A DNA stretch of 64,000 bases from Escherichia coli (GCF_013315695.1 NZ_CP054353.1), one strand, 5' to 3'; numbered from the stretch's first letter, positions 21,058 through 33,636 are shown. The notes: generated by a model not told the origin, from the sequence alone. Translations and numbers: made by a program.

Positions 21058-21645
21058 ATGTATCGGATAGTTCTGGGGAAAGTTTCGACCTTAAGCGCAG
21101 CTCCTCTGCCACCGGGTTTACGCGAGCAAGCACCGCAAGGTCCACGACGCGAACGCTGGCTGGCGGGGCGTGCATTGCTTTCGCACACGCTTTCCCCGCT
21201 ACCGGAGATCATCTATGGCGAACAAGGCAAACCTGCATTCGCGCCGGAAACGCCGCTATGGTTCAACTTAAGCCATAGCGGTGACGATATCGCCCTGCTG
21301 TTGAGCGATGAAGGCGAAGTCGGCTGCGATATCGAAGTGATTCGCCCGCGCGCCAACTGGCGCTGGCTGGCGAACGCCGTATTCAGCCTTGGGGAACATG
21401 CCGAGATGGACGCCGTGCATCCTGATCAGCAACTGGAAATGTTCTGGCGCATCTGGACGCGCAAAGAAGCCATCGTTAAACAGCGTGGCGGCAGCGCCTG
21501 GCAAATCGTCAGCGTAGACAGCACCTATAACTCCTCGCTGTCAGTCAGCCATTGTCAGCTAGAAAATTTAAGCCTGGCGATCTGCACCCCTACCCCCTTT
21601 ACGCTCACCGCCGACAGTGTGCAATGGATCGATTCAGTTAACTGA
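21058..21645 (+). CDS. acpT: 4'-phosphopantetheinyl transferase AcpT
   Basis: 195 aa, K-12 synteny immediately upstream of nikA. Confidence 0.9.
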   Translation: MYRIVLGKVSTLSAAPLPPGLREQAPQGPRRERWLAGRALLSHTLSPLPEIIYGEQGKPAFAPETPLWFNLSHSGDDIALLLSDEGEVGCDIEVIRPRANWRWLANAVFSLGEHAEMDAVHPDQQLEMFWRIWTRKEAIVKQRGGSAWQIVSVDSTYNSSLSVSHCQLENLSLAICTPTPFTLTADSVQWIDSVN

Positions 21646-21690
21646 TCCGCCCACCCGACTGCCCATCTATTGATCCAGAACAGGTAATCA

Positions 21691-21718
21691 GTATGACGAA
21701 TACTTAAAATCGTCATAC
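21691..21718 (+). promoter_or_regulatory. NikR operator (GTATGA-N16-TCATAC) in nikA promoter
   Basis: Perfect dyad GTATGAcgaatacttaaaatcgTCATAC, 38 bp upstream of nikA start; matches the known NikR site. Confidence 0.85.
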
Positions 21719-21755
21719 TTATTTCCGCCATCTATTTTAATCCATTGGGGTTACC

Positions 21756-23330
21756 ATGTTCTCTACACTCCGCCGCACTCTATTTGCGCTGCTGGCTTGT
21801 GCGTCTTTTATCGTCCATGCCGCTGCACCAGATGAAATCACCACCGCCTGGCCGGTGAATGTCGGGCCACTAAACCCGCACCTTTACACGCCTAACCAAA
21901 TGTTCGCCCAGAGCATGGTTTATGAACCACTGGTGAAATATCAGGCAGACGGTTCGGTGATCCCGTGGCTGGCAAAAAGCTGGACCCATTCAGAAGATGG
22001 CAAAACCTGGACCTTCACCCTGCGTGATGATGTGAAATTCTCTAACGGTGAACCGTTTGATGCAGAGGCCGCGGCAGAAAACTTCCGCGCTGTGCTCGAC
22101 AACCGTCAACGTCACGCCTGGCTGGAGCTGGCAAACCAGATTGTTGATGTCAAAGCTCTCAGTAAAACCGAGCTGCAAATCACCCTGAAAAGCGCCTACT
22201 ACCCTTTCCTGCAAGAACTGGCCCTGCCCCGTCCTTTCCGCTTTATCGCCCCCTCGCAGTTTAAAAACCACGAAACCATGAACGGAATTAAAGCGCCGAT
22301 TGGCACCGGGCCGTGGGTTTTACAGGAATCGAAACTGAATCAGTACGATGTCTTCGTCCGTAACGAAAACTACTGGGGCGAAAAGCCGGCGATTAAAAAG
22401 ATCACCTTTAACGTGATCCCGGACCCGACTACCCGCGCAGTAGCGTTTGAAACCGGCGATATCGATCTACTATACGGTAATGAAGGGCTATTACCGCTCG
22501 ATACCTTCGCCCGCTTTAGCCAGAACCCGGCTTACCACACCCAACTGTCACAGCCGATCGAAACCGTGATGCTGGCGCTCAATACTGCCAAAGCCCCCAC
22601 CAACGAGCTGGCCGTACGTGAAGCTCTCAATTACGCGGTAAACAAAAAATCGCTGATCGATAACGCGTTGTATGGCACCCAGCAGGTCGCCGACACCCTG
22701 TTTGCCCCTTCCGTGCCCTATGCCAATCTCGGCCTGAAACCGCGCCAGTACGATCCGCAGAAAGCGAAGGCGTTGCTGGAACAAGCAGGCTGGACGCTGC
22801 CCGCAGGCAAAGACATCCGCGAGAAAAATGGTCAGCCGCTGCGCATTGAACTGTCGTTCATCGGCACCGATGCGTTAAGCAAATCAATGGCCGAAATCAT
22901 TCAGGCTGATATGCGCCAGATTGGCGCGGATGTCACGCTGATCGGCGAAGAAGAGAGCAGTATCTATGCTCGTCAGCGCGACGGTCGTTTTGGCATGATT
23001 TTCCACCGTACCTGGGGCGCGCCATACGATCCACACGCCTTCCTGAGTTCAATGCGCGTACCGTCGCACGCTGACTTCCAGGCACAGCAAGGTTTAGCCG
23101 ACAAGCCACTGATTGATAAAGAGATTGGCGAAGTGCTGGCGACACACGACGAAACACAACGTCAGGCACTGTATCGCGACATTCTGACCCGTCTGCATAA
23201 CGAGGCGGTTTATCTGCCCATCAGCTATATCTCAATGATGGTGGTTTCAAAACCGGAACTGGGTAACATCCCCTACGCGCCGATCGCCACCGAAATCCCG
23301 TTCGAACAGATTAAACCGGTGAAACCTTAA
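21756..23330 (+). CDS. nikA: Nickel ABC transporter periplasmic binding protein NikA
   Basis: 524 aa with signal peptide. Confidence 0.96.
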   Translation: MFSTLRRTLFALLACASFIVHAAAPDEITTAWPVNVGPLNPHLYTPNQMFAQSMVYEPLVKYQADGSVIPWLAKSWTHSEDGKTWTFTLRDDVKFSNGEPFDAEAAAENFRAVLDNRQRHAWLELANQIVDVKALSKTELQITLKSAYYPFLQELALPRPFRFIAPSQFKNHETMNGIKAPIGTGPWVLQESKLNQYDVFVRNENYWGEKPAIKKITFNVIPDPTTRAVAFETGDIDLLYGNEGLLPLDTFARFSQNPAYHTQLSQPIETVMLALNTAKAPTNELAVREALNYAVNKKSLIDNALYGTQQVADTLFAPSVPYANLGLKPRQYDPQKAKALLEQAGWTLPAGKDIREKNGQPLRIELSFIGTDALSKSMAEIIQADMRQIGADVTLIGEEESSIYARQRDGRFGMIFHRTWGAPYDPHAFLSSMRVPSHADFQAQQGLADKPLIDKEIGEVLATHDETQRQALYRDILTRLHNEAVYLPISYISMMVVSKPELGNIPYAPIATEIPFEQIKPVKP

Positions 23331-24270
23331 TGTTGCGTTATGTATTACGCCGCTTTCTGCTGCTGATCCCGATGGTGCTCGCCGCCTCGGTGATCATTTT
23401 TCTGATGCTGCGCCTCGGCACCGGCGACCCGGCGCTCGATTATCTGCGTCTGTCTAACCTGCCGCCGACGCCGGAAATGCTGGCTTCTACCCGCACCATG
23501 CTGGGGCTGGATCAGCCGTTGTACGTGCAGTACGGAACCTGGTTGTGGAAAGCGCTGCATCTTGACTTTGGTATCTCATTCGCCAGCCAACGCCCGGTGC
23601 TGGACGATATGCTGACCTTCCTGCCCGCCACGCTGGAGCTGGCGGGTGCGGCGCTGGTATTAATTCTGCTCACTTCCGTGCCGCTCGGCATCTGGGCGGC
23701 GCGCCATCGCGACCGCCTGCCGGATTTCGCCGTGCGTTTTATCGCGTTTCTTGGCGTGTCGATGCCTAACTTCTGGTTGGCGTTTTTACTGGTGATGGCA
23801 TTTTCAGTGTATCTGCAATGGCTGCCCGCGATGGGTTACGGCGGCTGGCAGCACATCATTTTGCCTGCGGTTTCCATCGCTTTTATGTCGCTGGCGATTA
23901 ACGCGCGTCTGCTGCGCGCCAGTATGCTGGACGTCGCCGGTCAGCGTCATGTGACCTGGGCGCGACTGCGCGGCCTGAACGACAAACAGACCGAACGCCG
24001 CCACATCCTGCGCAATGCCTCGCTGCCGATGATCACCGCCGTGGGGATGCACATTGGCGAACTGATTGGCGGGACGATGATTATCGAAAACATCTTTGCC
24101 TGGCCGGGCGTCGGGCGCTATGCGGTGTCGGCGATTTTCAACCGTGACTATCCGGTGATCCAGTGCTTTACGCTGATGATGGTGGTGGTTTTTGTGGTCT
24201 GTAATTTGATTGTCGATTTGCTCAACGCCGCGCTGGACCCGCGTATTCGTCGTCATGAAGGAGCCCACGC

Positions 24271-24274
<4 letters not shown>
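23330..24274 (+). CDS. nikB: Nickel ABC transporter permease NikB
   Basis: 314 aa, ABC permease, operon position. Confidence 0.95.
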
Positions 24275-27078
<2,804 letters not shown>

Positions 27079-27227
27079 CACCTACCCACGCGCCGTTATT
27101 TCCTGACGGCGCAGTAAATTCCTGCCAAATATCGACTCACGTCACATTTTTTTGATCACGATTTGGTCCCTCAAAATGTGAGACGCTTCGATCCTCTTTT
27201 TCTCCCGTTCACCTACTATACGCTTGA

Positions 27228-27255
27228 AGTTGTCCATGATTGTCCATAGACAACT
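27228..27255 (+). promoter_or_regulatory. Candidate operator upstream of island GntR regulator
   Basis: Inverted repeat AGTTGTC-N14-GACAACT with embedded direct repeat TTGTCCAT x2, about 20 bp upstream of regulator start. Confidence 0.35.
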
Positions 27256-27276
27256 GTAAATGTTCAGGTGCGCGCC

Positions 27277-28023
27277 ATGAAATCATTAAGTAAGTCGTCA
27301 CAAATACCGCTCTATCAACAAGTGGTGGAGTGGATAAGAGAAAGTATTTATACCGGGGATCTGGTGGAAGACGATCGCATTCCTTCGGAATACCAGATTA
27401 TGGATATGCTGGAAGTGAGTCGGGGAACCGTTAAAAAAGCGGTCGCCCAACTGGTAAAAGAAGGCGTGTTGATTCAGGTCCAGGGGAAGGGAACTTTTGT
27501 CAAAAAAGAGAACGTGGCATATCCGTTAGGTGAAGGATTATTGTCATTCGCGGAATCGCTGGAAAGCCAGAAAATACATTTTACCACTGAAGTTATTACG
27601 TCACGGATTGAACCGGCTAATCGTTATGTGGCAGAGAAATTAAGAATAACGCCCGGTCAGGATATTCTTTACCTTGAGCGTTTACGTTCAATTGGTGATG
27701 AAAAAGCGATGCTGATAGAGAACCGTATCAATATTGAGCTATGCCCCGGCATCGTGGAAATCGATTTTAATCAACATAATTTATTTCCAACAATAGAAAG
27801 TTTGTCGCAAAGAAAAATTCGTTACTCGGAAAGTCGCTATGCCGCGCGATTAATTGGTAATGAACGCGGTCATTTTTTAGATATCAGTGAAGATGCACCC
27901 GTTTTGCATCTGGAGCAGTTAGTCTTTTTCTCCCGAGAGTTACCCGTTGAGTTTGGCAACGTCTGGTTAAAAGGAAATAAATATTATCTGGGCACCGTGC
28001 TGCAACGGCGGGAAGTGAGTTAA
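27277..28023 (+). CDS. GntR/HutC-family transcriptional regulator (winged HTH + UTRA effector domain)
   Basis: ORF 27268..28023 (GTG); ATG at 27277 with AGGTG SD. HTH region IPSEYQIMDMLEVSRGTVKKAVAQLVKEGVL. Confidence 0.8.
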   Translation: MKSLSKSSQIPLYQQVVEWIRESIYTGDLVEDDRIPSEYQIMDMLEVSRGTVKKAVAQLVKEGVLIQVQGKGTFVKKENVAYPLGEGLLSFAESLESQKIHFTTEVITSRIEPANRYVAEKLRITPGQDILYLERLRSIGDEKAMLIENRINIELCPGIVEIDFNQHNLFPTIESLSQRKIRYSESRYAARLIGNERGHFLDISEDAPVLHLEQLVFFSRELPVEFGNVWLKGNKYYLGTVLQRREVS

Positions 28024-28047
28024 ATACACTTTTTTATGAGGAATAAA

Positions 28048-28521
28048 ATGCAAGGCATACAGTTTCAGGAAAATTATATTCAACGACTTCCGGCAGGGTT
28101 AAGCGTTGAACAGATCATCCGTCAGTTAGCGCAACCGTTGGTTGCTGCTGAGCTGGTGGTCCCTGATTTTGCCAATCACGTACTGAAACGTGAGGCGACG
28201 TACCCAACGGGGCTGCCTACCGAACCACCGTGCGTCGCCATTCCGCACACGGACCATAAACATGTCCGGCACAATGCAATTGCCGTCGGTATTTTGCCAG
28301 AGCCGGTAGAGTTTGCCGATATGGGCGGCGACCCTGATCCCGTACCTGTCAGGGTGATTTTTTTGCTCGCCTTAAGTGAAAGTAATAAACAATTAAATGC
28401 CCTGGGCTGGATTATGGAGATGATTCAGGATACGCCCTTTATGCGCGCCCTGCTTACGATGGAAACAACAGAAATACACACAGTAATCTTAAACAAAATG
28501 AATGAACGAGGTGAAATATGA
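28048..28521 (+). CDS. PTS EIIA component, galactitol (GatA-like) family
   Basis: ORF 28036..28521; ATG 28048 after GAGGA. Phospho-His region CVAIPHTDHKHV resembles GatA AIAIPHCEA. Confidence 0.8.
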   Translation: MQGIQFQENYIQRLPAGLSVEQIIRQLAQPLVAAELVVPDFANHVLKREATYPTGLPTEPPCVAIPHTDHKHVRHNAIAVGILPEPVEFADMGGDPDPVPVRVIFLLALSESNKQLNALGWIMEMIQDTPFMRALLTMETTEIHTVILNKMNERGEI

Positions 28522-28799
28522 GTCAAACCATTTTATTTGTCTGCGCCACAGGTATTGCCACATCCACGGCGGTAACAGAAAAAGTCATGGAGTATTGCAA
28601 AGAGCACGGCCTTAACGTCAATTATTCCCAAACCAACGTTGCCTCTTTACCCGGTAATACCGACGGCGTAGCGCTGGTTGTTTCAACGACTAAAGTGCCT
28701 TATGAACTCGACGTCCCGGTAGTTAACGGCTTGCCGATTATTACCGGTATTGGCGAAGAGAAAGTACTGGCGCAAATTGTTTCGATTCTTAAAAAGTAA
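28518..28799 (+). CDS. PTS EIIB component, galactitol (GatB-like) family
   Basis: 93 aa, ILFVCATGIATST (phospho-Cys loop); 4-bp overlap with EIIA gene. Confidence 0.8.
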   Translation: MSQTILFVCATGIATSTAVTEKVMEYCKEHGLNVNYSQTNVASLPGNTDGVALVVSTTKVPYELDVPVVNGLPIITGIGEEKVLAQIVSILKK

Positions 28800-28872
28800 T
28801 TAATAATTAATTCCAACCCACTCCATCAGGCGCTAACGCGAGGTGCGCTCTCGCCTGAAAAAGAGGTTTATT

Positions 28873-30231
28873 ATGAACGATATCGCGCATACCCTCTATA
28901 ATATTGTGCAATATATATTGGGATTTGGCCCCACGGTAATGTTGCCGTTGGTGTTATTTATTCTTGCTCTCTGTTTTAAAGTAAAACCCGCTAAAGCCTT
29001 ACGCTCGTCATTAACAGTCGGCATTGGTTTTGTCGGTATTTATGCCATTTTCGATATTCTTACCAGCAATGTCGGGCCAGCGGCCCAGGCGATGGTTGAA
29101 CGCACCGGAATTAATTTACCGGTGGTGGATTTAGGCTGGCCGCCGCTTTCCGCTATTACATGGGGTTCGCCAATTGCCCCGTTTGTTATTCCCCTGACCA
29201 TTCTGATTAATGTCGCAATGCTGGCGTTAAATAAAACCCGCACCGTTGATGTAGATATGTGGAACTACTGGCATTTTGCCCTTGCCGGTACGCTGGTTTA
29301 TTACAGCACCGGCAGCCTATTCTTTGGTTTGCTGGCGGCCGCGATTGCCGCAGTGGTGGTGCTAAAACTCGCCGACTGGTCTGCGCCACTGGTACAAAAA
29401 TACTTTGGCCTGGAAGGGATCTCATTGCCGACGCTCTCTTCGGTGGTGTTCTTCCCGGTCGGTCTGCTGGTCGACAAAATCATCGACCATATCCCTGGCC
29501 TCAATCGTATTCATATCGACCCGGAAACCGTACAGAAAAAGTTTGGCATCTTCGGCGAACCGATGATGGTTGGCACTATTCTGGGCATTCTGCTCGGCGT
29601 AATTGCCGGATACGATTTCAAAAAAGTCTTGCTGCTTGGCATCAGCATTGGCGGTGTGATGTTCATCCTGCCACGCATGGTTCGCATCCTGATGGAAGGT
29701 TTATTACCGCTGTCTGAAGCCATTAAAAAGTATCTCAATGCCAAATACCCTGACCGTGACGATCTCTATATAGGACTGGATATCGCCGTTGCCGTAGGTA
29801 ACCCGGCGATTATCTCCACCGCCCTGCTGCTGACGCCAATCTCGGTCTTTATCGCGTTTGTCCTCCCAGGTAATGAAGTCCTGCCGCTTGGCGACCTTGC
29901 CAACCTGGCGGTAATGGCGTCGATGATTGCTTTAGCCAGCCGTGGCAATATTTTCCGCACCGTTCTGGCGGCGATCCCGGTGATTATTGCCGACCTGTGG
30001 ATTGCCACTAAAATCGCGCCGTTTATTACCGGAATGGCGAAAGACGTTAACTTCAAATTTGCCGAAGGCTCCAGCGGCCAGGTTTCCAGTTTCCTTGATG
30101 GCGGTAACCCGTTCCGCTTCTGGCTGCTGGAAATCTTCAACGGCAATCTCATCGCCATTGGTCTGGTGCCGGTTATCGCCCTGATACTGTATGGCATTTT
30201 CCGAATGACGCGGAGCACGGTTTATGCCTGA
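28873..30231 (+). CDS. PTS EIIC permease, galactitol (GatC-like) family
   Basis: ORF 28843..30231; ATG 28873 after AAGAGG. Polytopic; strong resemblance to GatC (GPTVMLP..., GEPMMVGTILG, FGDLANL). Confidence 0.82.
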   Translation: MNDIAHTLYNIVQYILGFGPTVMLPLVLFILALCFKVKPAKALRSSLTVGIGFVGIYAIFDILTSNVGPAAQAMVERTGINLPVVDLGWPPLSAITWGSPIAPFVIPLTILINVAMLALNKTRTVDVDMWNYWHFALAGTLVYYSTGSLFFGLLAAAIAAVVVLKLADWSAPLVQKYFGLEGISLPTLSSVVFFPVGLLVDKIIDHIPGLNRIHIDPETVQKKFGIFGEPMMVGTILGILLGVIAGYDFKKVLLLGISIGGVMFILPRMVRILMEGLLPLSEAIKKYLNAKYPDRDDLYIGLDIAVAVGNPAIISTALLLTPISVFIAFVLPGNEVLPLGDLANLAVMASMIALASRGNIFRTVLAAIPVIIADLWIATKIAPFITGMAKDVNFKFAEGSSGQVSSFLDGGNPFRFWLLEIFNGNLIAIGLVPVIALILYGIFRMTRSTVYA

Positions 30232-31732
30232 TAACAGCGCAGCTATCGTTATCGATATTGGCACCACCAATTGCAAAGTCACCTGCTTTTCCTGCCTGGA
30301 TGCAACGACGTTGGGCGCGCATAAATTCGTGACGGCAAAACAGATCTCCCCACAGGGCGATGTCGATTTCGATATCGACGTCCTCTGGCAGGAGGTCCGC
30401 CAGGCAATAGCGCAACTGAGCGCCGCTTCGCCGCTGCCGGTCAGGCGGATAAGCATTGCCAGTTTTGGCGAGTCAGGGGTGTTTCTTGACGAGCATGGCG
30501 AGATCCTGACGCCAATGCTGGCATGGTATGACCGCCGCGGTGAAGAGTACCTGGCAACGCTTAGTGAGGCAGACAGTGCGGCGCTTTATGACATCTGCGG
30601 GCTACCGCTGCACAGCAATTACTCTGCCTTCAAAATGCGTTGGTTGCTGGAGCATTATCCACTGCGTAATCGCCGCGGCCTGCGTTGGCTACATGCGCCG
30701 GAAGTACTGCTCTGGCGGCTGACTGGCGAACAGCGTACGGATATCACCTTAGCCAGCCGTACGCTGTGTCTGGACGTGCGTAAAGGCGAATGGTCAGCGA
30801 AAGCGGCGGCGTTGTTACACGTTCCCTGTTCAGCATTTGCGCCATTGGTGCAGCCAGGCGAGCACGCCGGATGGGTCAGCGAGTCGCTCTGCAAAACGCT
30901 TGGGTTCTTGCAACCGGTCAGCGTGACGCTGGCCGGGCATGACCATATGGTGGGTGCGCGGGCGTTGCAGATGACGCCGGGCGATATCCTTAACTCGACG
31001 GGCACCACAGAAGGCATTCTGCAACTGGATACACAACCGACGCTGGATGAACAGGCCAAACGTGACAAGCTGGCAAACGGCTGTTATTCGCTTGCAAACC
31101 AGTTCACCCTGTTTGCGTCGCTGCCGGTGGGCGGTTTCGCTCTGGAGTGGCTGCGCAACACGTTCCGGCTAACCGATGAGGAGATCGCCGCATCACTTAC
31201 TCGCGGACATGCGGATTACCTGGCGGGGAACTGGTCGCTCGATGACATTCCCGTTTTTATTCCGCATCTTCGCGGTTCGGGTTCGCCCTATAAAAATCGC
31301 CATACCCGAGGATTATTTTATGGGCTTGGCGATACGTTAAATATCGATATGTTAATTGCCAGCGTCTCACTGGGATTAACCATGGAATTTGCCAACTGCT
31401 TCGCCTGTTTTAATGTGCCCGGCACCAGCGCGTTAAAAGTGATAGGTCCGGCAACCCATAATCCCCTTTGGCTGCAATTAAAGGCGGATATTTTACAGCG
31501 TCCGGTTGAAGCAATTGCATTTAACGAGGCGGTTTCTGTCGGAGCATTATTAACCGCCGCACCGGATATTCCACCGCCGCAAGTCACCATAGCCCAACGT
31601 TTGTTACCGAATCGGGCGAGATACCATCAATTACAGCGTTATCAGCACAAATGGAAAAGCTGGTATCAGTTGAAATTACAGCAAGAAGGCGTGATGCCAT
31701 TACATCATCGGGAGGAGCACTATGTTGAGTAA
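30224..31732 (+). CDS. FGGY-family carbohydrate kinase
   Basis: 502 aa; N-terminal AAIVIDIGTTNCKV ATPase motif; 8-bp overlap with EIIC gene. Confidence 0.75.
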   Translation: MPDNSAAIVIDIGTTNCKVTCFSCLDATTLGAHKFVTAKQISPQGDVDFDIDVLWQEVRQAIAQLSAASPLPVRRISIASFGESGVFLDEHGEILTPMLAWYDRRGEEYLATLSEADSAALYDICGLPLHSNYSAFKMRWLLEHYPLRNRRGLRWLHAPEVLLWRLTGEQRTDITLASRTLCLDVRKGEWSAKAAALLHVPCSAFAPLVQPGEHAGWVSESLCKTLGFLQPVSVTLAGHDHMVGARALQMTPGDILNSTGTTEGILQLDTQPTLDEQAKRDKLANGCYSLANQFTLFASLPVGGFALEWLRNTFRLTDEEIAASLTRGHADYLAGNWSLDDIPVFIPHLRGSGSPYKNRHTRGLFYGLGDTLNIDMLIASVSLGLTMEFANCFACFNVPGTSALKVIGPATHNPLWLQLKADILQRPVEAIAFNEAVSVGALLTAAPDIPPPQVTIAQRLLPNRARYHQLQRYQHKWKSWYQLKLQQEGVMPLHHREEHYVE

Positions 31733-31991
31733 AACCGTGGAGGTCAGAAACAGTACTGGCCTGCATGCACGTCCGGCGGCCTGTCTGGCGAAAGCCGCCA
31801 AAAAATATAGCTGTAAAGTGACGCTGCATTATGAAGGTAATGATATTAATGCCACCAGCATGATGAATATTATGCGCGCCGGAATAAAAGGCGGAAAAAC
31901 GGTGGAAATACGCTGCGAAGGTGATGATGAAAACGAGGCAATACAAACTCTCACTACCTTATTTCGCGACCGCTTCGGTGAAGCTGAATAA
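31722..31991 (+). CDS. HPr-like phosphocarrier protein (island-encoded paralogue)
   Basis: 89 aa; active-site GLHARPAA (His-15 equivalent); overlaps kinase gene. Confidence 0.8.
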   Translation: MLSKTVEVRNSTGLHARPAACLAKAAKKYSCKVTLHYEGNDINATSMMNIMRAGIKGGKTVEIRCEGDDENEAIQTLTTLFRDRFGEAE

Positions 31992-32022
31992 TTAACTGAT
32001 ATTAAAAGATGAGGTTTTCAAT

Positions 32023-32883
32023 ATGCCATTAGTTAATGGACGGATACTGCTCGACCGCATTCAGGAAAAACGGGTATTAGCGGGCGCATTTAATACCACC
32101 AATCTGGAGACAACGATTTCAATTTTAAACGCCATTGAGCGTTCAGGATTACCCAACTTCATTCAGATTGCGCCCACCAATGCACAACTGTCGGGATACG
32201 ATTACATTTATGAAATCGTGAAACGTCACGCTGATAAAATGGATGTTCCGGTCAGTCTTCATCTTGATCACGGGAAAACTCAGGAGGATGTTAAACAGGC
32301 GGTGCGCGCGGGCTTTACCTCGGTCATGATTGACGGTGCCGCATTCTCTTTTGAAGAGAATATCGCTTTCACCCAGGAAGCTGTCGATTTCTGTAAATCC
32401 TATGGCGTACCGGTTGAAGCGGAGCTGGGGGCGATTCTCGGCAAAGAAGACGATCACGTCAGCGAAGCCGATTGCAAAACGGAACCGGAAAAGGTGAAGA
32501 CCTTTGTCGAACGCACCGGTTGCGACATGCTGGCAGTTTCTATTGGTAACGTTCATGGCCTGGACGATATACCGCGGATCGATATCCCCCTGCTGAAGCG
32601 CATTGCCGAAGTCAGCCCGGTGCCGCTGGTTATTCACGGCGGCTCCGGTATCGCCCCGGAGATATTACGCAGTTTCGTTAATTATCGCGTCGCTAAAGTG
32701 AATATCGCCAGCGATCTGCGCAAAGCGTTTATCACCGCAGTCGGCAAAGCCTATGTGAATAATCACAACGAGGCGAATCTGGCACGAGTGATGGCATCAG
32801 CAAAAAACGCCGTCGAGGAAGATGTGTATAGCAAAATCCTGATGATGAATGAGGGGCATCGGTTGATTAGAAAGGCATCTTAA
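32023..32883 (+). CDS. Class II ketose-bisphosphate aldolase (GatY/KbaY/FbaA family)
   Basis: 286 aa; LHLDHG, VEAELG, HGGSG motifs of class II FBA family. Confidence 0.82.
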   Translation: MPLVNGRILLDRIQEKRVLAGAFNTTNLETTISILNAIERSGLPNFIQIAPTNAQLSGYDYIYEIVKRHADKMDVPVSLHLDHGKTQEDVKQAVRAGFTSVMIDGAAFSFEENIAFTQEAVDFCKSYGVPVEAELGAILGKEDDHVSEADCKTEPEKVKTFVERTGCDMLAVSIGNVHGLDDIPRIDIPLLKRIAEVSPVPLVIHGGSGIAPEILRSFVNYRVAKVNIASDLRKAFITAVGKAYVNNHNEANLARVMASAKNAVEEDVYSKILMMNEGHRLIRKAS

Positions 32884-32895
32884 GAGCCACAAAAA

Positions 32896-32930
32896 TATAG
32901 CGGCGCAACAGAAATTGTTGGGCCGCTATA
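32896..32930. terminator. Bidirectional terminator hairpin between aldolase and HicB-like gene
   Basis: tatagcggcgcaac / gttgggccgctata stem; T-run follows on minus strand (TATATTTTTG). Confidence 0.55.
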
Positions 32931-32932
32931 AG

Positions 32933-33292
32933 TTATAAATGATTCAAACGCTCATTTAGCGTTTCAATAATATAAGTATTTACAGAGACTTGTTGCTGCG
33001 CAGCCGCATTATTAAGGCGTTCACTCAGCGATTCTGGATAGCGTAATGTAAAGGTCTTAATCTTTTCTGTACGCGCATACGGCTCAATACCCGCAGCTTT
33101 ACAATCCTCAAGATACTCTCGCAGGGAAAGCTCCCCTTCTTTTTGCAGCCCCTGAATGCTGTCAGAGACAAAATCACAATAACCTGACAAGCCCAGGAAT
33201 TTGCCACGAAATGCATTCAGTTCTGGCACGTAAGTGATAACAGCAGGTTGCCCGGCAATCTCCATAGAGTTTGGCGTCTTCAGTTTGATCAT
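32933..33292 (-). CDS. HicB-family antitoxin-like protein (C-terminal ribbon-helix-helix)
   Basis: 119 aa; C-terminal SERLNNAAAQQQVSVNTYIIETLNERL looks like an RHH DNA-binding motif; 4-bp overlap with upstream small gene. Confidence 0.6.
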   Translation of the reverse strand: MIKLKTPNSMEIAGQPAVITYVPELNAFRGKFLGLSGYCDFVSDSIQGLQKEGELSLREYLEDCKAAGIEPYARTEKIKTFTLRYPESLSERLNNAAAQQQVSVNTYIIETLNERLNHL

Positions 33293-33564
33293 GGTTTTAC
33301 CCCTATACTTAGTAACCAGTCACGCACGCTTTCTACAGCGCCTTTATCGGTATCTGGCGACGGATGAGGCCGATGGAAACACGCAACGCTCATATTTAGT
33401 ATGAACTTACAACGCGAACCTCTTCCTTCCTTAATTTCTCCGCCTAATGCTTTAACCAGTGACTCTATATCAGACCACTTAATCCCTTGAGGAACAGGAG
33501 ATTTAAATATTTGATCCAATGTATTTTTTTGTTTCTTCCGTAAAGCCTGTACCAGGGTTCTCAT
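33289..33564 (-). CDS. HicA-family toxin-like protein (putative mRNA interferase)
   Basis: 91 aa; GSRCKFIL...HRPHP...DTDKGAVESVRDWL resembles the HicA pattern; upstream partner of the HicB-like gene. Confidence 0.55.
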   Translation of the reverse strand: MRTLVQALRKKQKNTLDQIFKSPVPQGIKWSDIESLVKALGGEIKEGRGSRCKFILNMSVACFHRPHPSPDTDKGAVESVRDWLLSIGVKP

Positions 33565-33636
33565 GGCATGTCCTTATGACTTCACTTTATGACATCAATA
33601 GTATGACATCACAATATGAAGTCAAGTTTCCCTTCC

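Noticed and set aside
21671-21690. FNR box in the nikA promoter (TTGATccagaACAGG)
   Set aside because: Only one good half-site (TTGAT) is evident; the second half does not match ATCAA, so it is not annotated as a feature.
29932-30456. 174-aa minus-strand ORF overlapping EIIC/kinase junction and other antisense ORFs within the PTS island
   Set aside because: Antisense to coherent PTS genes with clear family motifs.
27079-33600. Island at nikR-yhhJ as an integrated mobile element (prophage/ICE/IS)
   Set aside because: No integrase, transposase, tRNA or flanking direct repeats visible; content is metabolic plus one TA pair, so it is called a metabolic island at a variable hotspot, not a mobile element.
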